From Saccharolobus solfataricus P2 (GTDB lineage: Archaea; Thermoproteota; Thermoprotei_A; Sulfolobales; Sulfolobaceae): a DNA stretch of 64,000 nucleotides. Position 1 is the first letter of the stretch. Every line of letters begins with the position of its first letter. The notes under the pieces were generated by a model, which saw nothing but the letters and a program-made list of their open reading frames with translations, searched no databases and was not told the origin of the DNA. The stretch is from assembly GCF_000007005.1 (NCBI RefSeq), contig NC_002754.1. One strand, given 5' to 3'. Position numbers and translations under genes: made by a program. Below, piece after piece: positions 57,075 to 64,000 of the stretch.

Positions 57075-58301
57075 ATGGAGCTAGCCATAAGAAACGGGAT
57101 CGTTTTTAACGGAAAAGAAATAATAGGAAAAACTAACATCTATGTGAGAGAAGGAAAAATTGTAGAAGTCTCTAGAGAAGATCACAGTGCGAAAATGGAA
57201 ATTGATGCCAAAGACATGTTTGTAATGCCCGGATTAATTGACGCTCATATTCATCTTTCTGGAATCAAAGGTGGTAGTCTATTAAAGATAATGTTTGAGA
57301 AACCAGAATATAGGGTACTTCGCGCTGCTAAATGGCTAGAAAAGCTACTGTTAGCTGGATTTACAACTGTCAGGGACTGTGGAGAAACAGTGTCTTTAGC
57401 CTTAAAGAGGGCTTTAAATGACGGAATTATAGGTGGGCCTAAGGTAATTGCTGCCGGCAAACCTATTACACAGACTTTTGGACATGGGGAATTAAGTCAT
57501 GATGTACCGTTAGAGTTCTCAAAAACCATGAGCTTTTCTGAATTTTGTGACGGAATGGAATCATGTATTCACGCTGCCAGGAAAGTTCTAAGGGATGGCG
57601 CTGATTTCATCAAAATATTCGCAACTGGCGGAGTGCTATCACAGAGGGATAGACCAGAACATCCCCAGCTAAGTTACGAGGAGATTAGGGCAATAGTTAA
57701 CGAAGCTGAAAAAGTCAATACTTACGTAGCAGCTCATGCTCATGGAGATAGAGGAGCAAGGATTGCAATAGAGGCTGGAGTAAAAACGTTAGAACACGGT
57801 ACCTTACTTAAGGATGAGACGCTAAAGTTAATGAAGGAGAAAAACGTAACGTTAACTCCAACATTGACGATTCAAGAGTTAATATTCAAATATGGTAAAC
57901 AGATTGGAGTCGATGAGTGGGGACTCCAAAAGATCACTTCCGTAAGGGAGAATATTGCAAATGTTGTTAGAAAAGCTAAGGAGTATGGAGTTACGATAAT
58001 AAGTGGTACTGATTTGGGTTTTGAAACGGGATTAGAGGAGATTGATATGGGAAAGAATTGGATGGAGACTGTTTTACTTGTTGAAAGAGGAGGGCTGTCT
58101 CCAATAGAGGCTTTAAGAGCCTCAACTTATAATGCTGCGATGGCTATTGGAATTAACGCTGGTGTAATAGAGATTGGAAAAGATGCTGATATCATAATCA
58201 TTAATGGTGATCCTACGCTAAATGTGAGGGAAATATCTAAGATTACACATGTAGTCAAGAATGGAAAATTAACGGTGGAGAATAAGTCAATTAAGGGTTA
58301 G
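57075..58301 (+). CDS. Amidohydrolase (prolidase-like metal-dependent hydrolase)
   Basis: PGLIDAHIH, GFTTVRD, GADFIKIFATGG, AHAHG, EHG, SGTD. Confidence 0.9.
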   Translation: MELAIRNGIVFNGKEIIGKTNIYVREGKIVEVSREDHSAKMEIDAKDMFVMPGLIDAHIHLSGIKGGSLLKIMFEKPEYRVLRAAKWLEKLLLAGFTTVRDCGETVSLALKRALNDGIIGGPKVIAAGKPITQTFGHGELSHDVPLEFSKTMSFSEFCDGMESCIHAARKVLRDGADFIKIFATGGVLSQRDRPEHPQLSYEEIRAIVNEAEKVNTYVAAHAHGDRGARIAIEAGVKTLEHGTLLKDETLKLMKEKNVTLTPTLTIQELIFKYGKQIGVDEWGLQKITSVRENIANVVRKAKEYGVTIISGTDLGFETGLEEIDMGKNWMETVLLVERGGLSPIEALRASTYNAAMAIGINAGVIEIGKDADIIIINGDPTLNVREISKITHVVKNGKLTVENKSIKG

Positions 58302-58347
58302 TTTTTCTTTTTATAAACCTTTTAAGTTTTAAATGTATAATTAACTT

Positions 58348-59844
58348 ATGGCTAGTTATGAAGAAGTTAGGAGAAGTTTTTCGTGGAGTGAGGTAATTAG
58401 ATATTTAGACGAGAACCCATTAGACGTTTTGACTTCTCATGACGGTATAGCAGTTAAGAGATTCACTAAGAACGCTATGGAGGAGATAAGCTTCTCAGAT
58501 CTTAAAAGAAAGGCATTAAGACTTGCCTTATATCTCAAGGAGTTTCATAACATTAAAAAGGGTGATGTAATAGCAATATTAGCTTCAAAGAAGATTCAAC
58601 AAATCATAGTATTTTTAGCAACTCTCTCCCTAGGAGCAATTTATCAACCATTATTTACTGCATTTGGGCCAGAGGCAATTAAGATGAGGACTAGAGATGT
58701 AAAACCAAAAATTATCTTTTGTCAAGATGACCAAAAGGATAAGATAAATGATGCAATACTCTTCTCCAAGTTTGATGAATTATTAAGTTACGGTGAATTG
58801 AAAGAGATTGAAAAGATAAATTGGGATGATGCAATAATTTTACTTTACACTTCTGGTACTACGGGAACACCTAAAGGGGCCCTAATCGCTAAGAGGCTAT
58901 TTCTTAACATTTATGTCTACATGAAATATGGTATAGGTGTTAGGGAAAATGACGTGTTTTGGAACCCCGCAGATCCTGGATGGGCTTATGGGCTATATTA
59001 TGGTATAATAGGACCGCTAATGTTTGGGAAAACTATAATCTTTCTTGACGAACCATTTAACCCAGAAAGGACAATGGAGTTCATGGAGGAAAATAAGGTT
59101 ACTAATTTTGCTTTCGCACCTACGGCATATAGAATGATAGCTGGAACGGTTAAGAAGAAGTATGATTTAGTATTGGAAAGAGCGAGTTCTGCAGGTGAAC
59201 CACTTAACCCAGAAGTTATAAGATGGTTTATGGATAAGTACAATGTTACTATCAAGGATCATTATGGACAAACTGAAGTTGGAATGGTAGTTTATAATGG
59301 CTGGGGATATGACGCAAAAGTAAAAATAGGGAGTATGGGACTACCTGCACCTGGTTATGAGGTCGATATAATAGAGGATATTATAGCTGTCAAGAGAGAT
59401 TCTCCAGGTTTCCACTTCTTGGGATATCTAAACAATCCAGAGAAGACCAAGGAATCATTTCGAGGCGATTGGTACTTGACTGGTGATAATGCGTATAAAG
59501 ATGAGGAAGGATATTTATGGTTTGTTGGAAGGAAGGACGATGTGGTTAAGGTATCTGGTTACAGGATAGGTCCATTTGAAGTTGAGAGCGTACTTCTAGA
59601 ATTTCCCGCAGTACTAGAATCTGCTGTTGTTGCCGATGAAGATCCAATACGAGGACATGTATTACATGCTTATATTGTACTCAAAAGTGGATATACTCCA
59701 AGTGAGGAACTAAAGAAGGAGATTATTGATTTTGTAAATACTAAATATTCTAGGCACGTACATCTAGAAAGGGTTGACTTTGTTGATAAATTGCCAAAGA
59801 CTGAGAGTGGTAAAATACAAAGATATCTACTTAGAAAGAAATAA
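58348..59844 (+). CDS. Acyl-CoA synthetase (ACSM/acetate-CoA-ligase-like)
   Basis: YTSGTTGTPKG, ADPGWAYG, SAGEPL, YGQTE, TGD, LPKTESGKIQR. Confidence 0.9.
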   Translation: MASYEEVRRSFSWSEVIRYLDENPLDVLTSHDGIAVKRFTKNAMEEISFSDLKRKALRLALYLKEFHNIKKGDVIAILASKKIQQIIVFLATLSLGAIYQPLFTAFGPEAIKMRTRDVKPKIIFCQDDQKDKINDAILFSKFDELLSYGELKEIEKINWDDAIILLYTSGTTGTPKGALIAKRLFLNIYVYMKYGIGVRENDVFWNPADPGWAYGLYYGIIGPLMFGKTIIFLDEPFNPERTMEFMEENKVTNFAFAPTAYRMIAGTVKKKYDLVLERASSAGEPLNPEVIRWFMDKYNVTIKDHYGQTEVGMVVYNGWGYDAKVKIGSMGLPAPGYEVDIIEDIIAVKRDSPGFHFLGYLNNPEKTKESFRGDWYLTGDNAYKDEEGYLWFVGRKDDVVKVSGYRIGPFEVESVLLEFPAVLESAVVADEDPIRGHVLHAYIVLKSGYTPSEELKKEIIDFVNTKYSRHVHLERVDFVDKLPKTESGKIQRYLLRKK

Positions 59845-59848
59845 AAAA

Positions 59849-61327
59849 TTAAGGTTCCATTTTCACTTCTCTTTTTCTCTCCAATCCCAAATATATTGCT
59901 ATACTCAAAAATAATCCAAGATACCAACCATAGTCATATAGCAAGGATAGTTTAGGAATTAGAAATCCTATTACTGGTACAGAGAACCCTATGATCATTG
60001 CAACTAACGCATTAACGTTATAGCCTGACACATACCAATATCTTCCATTTGGCTTAAATAGATCTGCAAGTTTAATTTCAGTTTTTCCTAATATCCAGTA
60101 GTGGGCTATCATGACTCCGGCGACAGAACCTAGACCGGCACCAATCAAATTTATCACATTTTCTATACTTGAAGCGTTATTGTACCATAACCATGGGGCG
60201 TAAAGTAAACCCAGAATTGCAGATACAATAGCTGATTTAGACCACGTGTTAAGCTTCTTTGGGAATAAACTTATCAAGTCGTAAACGGGTGATACAATAT
60301 TTGCTGCAACGTTAACTGAGATTGTTGCAATAACTAGACTGATTCCTAAGATTAACGTTATGTAAGGATTGTCAGTAAAGAGATACATTATATTTACTGG
60401 GTTTACATAATTAATTGTGTCATTACTTGGAATATTGTAAATATAAATTACTGCCGATGCTAACCCAACTGCTATGAAGCTGAAAAGCAACGTAAGTATA
60501 GGTAGACCAATAGTTTGTCCTATTAGTTGGTCCTTTTGGCTTCTAGAAAATCTCGTAAAGTCCGGAATGTTTAGGACTAGGGTTGCCCAAAAACCTGCCA
60601 TTGTGGATATTGCTAAGGCTATGTTAGGTAATGAAACGTTATTGCCCCTTATTTGAAACAATGATGATAGACCATTTGCAAGAGTAATTGCGTGAATCAT
60701 CAAACCTCCTAAGATTATTATTACCAAGGGACCAGCAATTAGTTCAAATTTCTTTATATCATCCATTCCCTTAAATAAGACTAATACATTAAGGAACCAA
60801 AAGAGGAAGAACGAAATTGTCAGATGGAGTGGCATTCCTAAGAGGTCTGCTGAGATTGTTGACCATGAGGGATAAAAGATTGAGATTAGCGCATCTAATA
60901 TTAGACCGCCAGCATAGGTCTCAACGGAGAACCAAAACAATGCTGAAATTGCCCTCATTATTACTGGTACTCTAGCACCCCTTATTCCGAACATTGGTCT
61001 AATTGATGAGGGGAATGGAATTCCCCATTTTGTACCTATATGCCCATTTAAGTATAGCGCTATTAGCAAGGTAAAGTAGGCTATTGCGATGATCATTAAT
61101 GCTATTAGTGGGCCGAACTCAAATGTTAATAGCCCCGCAAGCATAAATGCGGGGACGTTATGTATCATTCCAGCCCATATGGTAGCATAATTTATCCATG
61201 TCCATGTTTTTGCGTTTTTAGGAAGCGGTGCTATGTTTGGATTATAGTAACTGTCTGGTACTACAGTCGTTCCTTGATTATATTCCGTTAAGTCTAAATT
61301 AACGTGGTTTATTTCTTGTTCTGACAT
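59849..61327 (-). CDS. NCS1-family nucleobase/allantoin/hydantoin permease
   Basis: WAGMIHNVP, GIPFP..RPMFG, WFSVETY, NIPDFTRF, NVAANIVSP. Confidence 0.9.
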   Translation of the reverse strand: MSEQEINHVNLDLTEYNQGTTVVPDSYYNPNIAPLPKNAKTWTWINYATIWAGMIHNVPAFMLAGLLTFEFGPLIALMIIAIAYFTLLIALYLNGHIGTKWGIPFPSSIRPMFGIRGARVPVIMRAISALFWFSVETYAGGLILDALISIFYPSWSTISADLLGMPLHLTISFFLFWFLNVLVLFKGMDDIKKFELIAGPLVIIILGGLMIHAITLANGLSSLFQIRGNNVSLPNIALAISTMAGFWATLVLNIPDFTRFSRSQKDQLIGQTIGLPILTLLFSFIAVGLASAVIYIYNIPSNDTINYVNPVNIMYLFTDNPYITLILGISLVIATISVNVAANIVSPVYDLISLFPKKLNTWSKSAIVSAILGLLYAPWLWYNNASSIENVINLIGAGLGSVAGVMIAHYWILGKTEIKLADLFKPNGRYWYVSGYNVNALVAMIIGFSVPVIGFLIPKLSLLYDYGWYLGLFLSIAIYLGLERKREVKMEP

Positions 61328-61722
61328 CTTTCAGTATTGCTAAAAAGGGGTATATAAATTAAACTGATTAAAAGAGAGAGTAATTTTTAATCTAATCGTG
61401 AATTAGGAAATACCAAAAATCTCCAATATTCTCTAATTATATTTTTCTAATTTACTAGAGTCAATGTAACTAGATAAGAGGAAAAGTGACTTATACGATA
61501 TTATATATACATTATTTATGAGGTGTGTTTTTTGACATATAATAATTCTGAGAAAAAATTGAGAATTCATCCTAGTTCATCTCTCCTGAGGTCACCAATT
61601 CAGTAAGAGTTCGATACCGCATTTACGAACTACGAAATCATTACCTCTCAAACTGTACGATTAGCGTACGTTTCTTTAGATATTACTTTAAAAAGACCTA
61701 TCTTATTTCGTAAATAATTTGT

Positions 61723-63573
61723 ATGACAAGCGTCAGTAACTCCGATAAGTTGTTAAGGAAAGAGTTGGGCCTCTTGGATCTAACCTTTTTATCTTTAAGT
61801 GCAATGATAGGTTCTGGTTGGTTACTAGCTTCCTTAAGCGTGGCATCCATAGCGGGGCCATCTGGAATTTTATCTTGGATAATAGCTGGGATAATGGTAA
61901 TGTTTATAGGGTTAGCTTATGCCGAACTTGGAAGTTCAATACCTAAAACTGGTGGTATAGTTAGATATCCAGTTTATTCCCACGGAAGTTACACTGGATT
62001 TGTCATAGCATTTCTATATCTTCTCTCGGCAATCTCTACACCTTCTATAGAAGCTTTAGCAACAATCGAATACTTAACTAATGTAAACCCTACTTTGAGT
62101 AAATTGCTTACTAACTCAACAGTTGTTAACGGCACACCAGTTACTATATTGACGCTTCCCGGATTACTGTTTTCCATTCTTTTACTATTTATCTATTTCT
62201 TAGTAAATTATTACGGTATAAAGATCTTAGGGAAAACGAATTCAGCCATAACAGTTTGGAAATTGATCATACCAGTTGTTACATTTATGTTATTATTTTT
62301 CGCATTTAAATCAAGTAATTTTACAAATTATGGAGGATTATTTCCGAAAAGTGTTGCATCAAATTATGGTGGTCCAGTTGGTATGCTGTATGCAATACCC
62401 TCGGCTGGGATAATCTACTCGTATTTAGGATTTAGACAACCCATAGAGTATTCTGGAGAGGCCAAAAACCCTGAAAGGAACGTATGGAGAGCCATAATTC
62501 TCTCAATAGTAATTGCCATACTAATTTACACTTTCCTACAAATAGCTTTTATAGGTGCAATAAATTGGGTATCTGCTGGAGTAACACCAGGCAATTGGTC
62601 AGCATTGCTAAATAGTAAGTGGGCTAACAGTCCATTCTACAGTGAGCTGGAAGCTGAAGGTCTAGCAATAGCTGGAGCTTGGGGATATGTACTTTTAATA
62701 GATGCGGTTCTATCTCCCAGTGGAACTGGACTAGTTTATACTGGGACATCAGCTAGGACGCTTTACGGGTTATCAGCAGAAGAATATTTCCCACTAATAT
62801 TTAAAAAATTAAATAGCTATAGAATCCCTATATGGTCCTTAATCGTATCCTTAATAGCCAGTATCATATTCCTACTTCCGTTTCCAAGTTGGTATTTATT
62901 AGTTGGATTCAACTCCTCAGCTACTGTACTTACGTATATTATGGGCGGTATAGGTTTACAAACCTTGAGAAAAACAGCCCCCGATTTAAAGAGAGGAATT
63001 AAGATACCGTTTGCTAGCATAATAGCGCCAGTTGCTACAATAGTTTCCTTGCTAATAGTGTATTGGTCAGGGTTTACAACATTGTTTTATATCATCTCTG
63101 CTTTATTTATTGGAATTCCAATCTTCTGGATAAATTATGCTGTGAAGATTCTAGGGCTAAAGAAATGGATTGGTATTAGCTTAGGAATATCACAACTAGT
63201 TGTAAATATCATATTAACTATAATCGGATATTATAGCCTAGTTTTGAATAACGATAATCCTATACTATACTTTGCACTATTTATATTAATGGCGTTAACA
63301 CCCCTAGTAGTTGCTTATCTAACTGTAAACACTAATGAGAAAGTACACCTGAAGAGTGGATTTTGGCTTATGGGCTTAATTATTACAATTTACATTATCA
63401 GTTATCCTAGTGAGTTTGGACCATCAAGCAACTCTGCTCCTATAAGATTCCCTTATGATATTGCAATAATTTCGATAATAGGTATAATATTCCATTATTT
63501 AGCCGTTTTAAGTGGTTTTAGAACAAGGGAAATAGAAGAAATTATTGAAGATCAGAAGGAGAGAAGAGATTAA
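61723..63573 (+). CDS. APC-family amino-acid permease
   Basis: SAMIGSGWL, AGPSGILSW, YAELGS...GG, YLGFRQPIEYSGEAKNP. Confidence 0.92.
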   Translation: MTSVSNSDKLLRKELGLLDLTFLSLSAMIGSGWLLASLSVASIAGPSGILSWIIAGIMVMFIGLAYAELGSSIPKTGGIVRYPVYSHGSYTGFVIAFLYLLSAISTPSIEALATIEYLTNVNPTLSKLLTNSTVVNGTPVTILTLPGLLFSILLLFIYFLVNYYGIKILGKTNSAITVWKLIIPVVTFMLLFFAFKSSNFTNYGGLFPKSVASNYGGPVGMLYAIPSAGIIYSYLGFRQPIEYSGEAKNPERNVWRAIILSIVIAILIYTFLQIAFIGAINWVSAGVTPGNWSALLNSKWANSPFYSELEAEGLAIAGAWGYVLLIDAVLSPSGTGLVYTGTSARTLYGLSAEEYFPLIFKKLNSYRIPIWSLIVSLIASIIFLLPFPSWYLLVGFNSSATVLTYIMGGIGLQTLRKTAPDLKRGIKIPFASIIAPVATIVSLLIVYWSGFTTLFYIISALFIGIPIFWINYAVKILGLKKWIGISLGISQLVVNIILTIIGYYSLVLNNDNPILYFALFILMALTPLVVAYLTVNTNEKVHLKSGFWLMGLIITIYIISYPSEFGPSSNSAPIRFPYDIAIISIIGIIFHYLAVLSGFRTREIEEIIEDQKERRD

Positions 63574-64000
63574 TTGAAAAAATGTTATTTCGAATCTTAA
63601 TGGAAACTTTTTAATCAAGAAATTATGCCTTATTTTAGGTCGAAAAATCATGCTAAAATAATGAAAAGTAGAAACTGTTTATTATAATAGTTGTGAGTTT
63701 CCAAACAATTTCTAAAAAGCAAATAACAACTAAAAACCATTTATTACATTTTGGTAGCATATCAATTAATAAATTCCCTTTTTATATCGTTTTGACTTTT
63801 TCACCTAAAGAAAATTGTGAGTTAAGAAAATTTTAAAGCTATGCTGGAATAAATTTTTATTCCGGGAAAACGAATTTATATTGATGGAAGAAGTTCTTAG
63901 TTCGAGTCTGTATACTCAACAAGTCAAAAAGTTATATAAAGTCGGAGAATTATTGGGTCTTGATAACGAAACTTTAGAAACGCTTTCTCAGCCCGAAAGA

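Noticed and set aside
61560-61680. Slightly GC-richer intergenic patch considered as a C/D-box sRNA or tRNA
   Set aside because: No clear RUGAUGA/CUGA box pair or cloverleaf; no tRNA or rRNA gene was found anywhere in the window.

Overview
AT-rich crenarchaeal (Sulfolobales) DNA. The Cmr7-containing type III-B operon, the Sso7d gene and the 24-bp repeat with 88 spacers point to Saccharolobus (Sulfolobus) solfataricus around leaderless CRISPR locus F; this identification is by recognition, not by database search. 0.3-25 kb is a defence island: cmr7-4-5-1-6-cas10-3, a frameshifted ABC/AAA ATPase plus TOPRIM-like partner, a decayed ISH3-family IS inserted in a GC hairpin, an 89-repeat array, a type I-A interference cassette (csa5-cas7-cas5-cas3'-cas3''-cas8a-cas6) whose first gene abuts the array, a remnant of a second cas7 and an IS630 relic. 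No cas1/cas2/cas4/csa3 genes or leader are present. 25-64 kb is mostly metabolic and transport genes: hydantoinase/oxoprolinase A/B, a PaREP1 pair, a CoA-dependent aromatic-acid cluster (two ferritin-like epoxidase subunits, crotonase, benzoate-CoA-ligase-like gene, PaaX) linked to a U32 protein and TusA, an OYE oxidoreductase, Sso7d, an ECF transporter, ISC1058, a DEAD-box helicase, thermopsin and permeases. The most striking structure is spacer 23 (106 bp), which contains a nested, oppositely oriented repeat-spacer-repeat unit built from a different 24-bp repeat. Many genes carry single-base frameshifts or small duplications.
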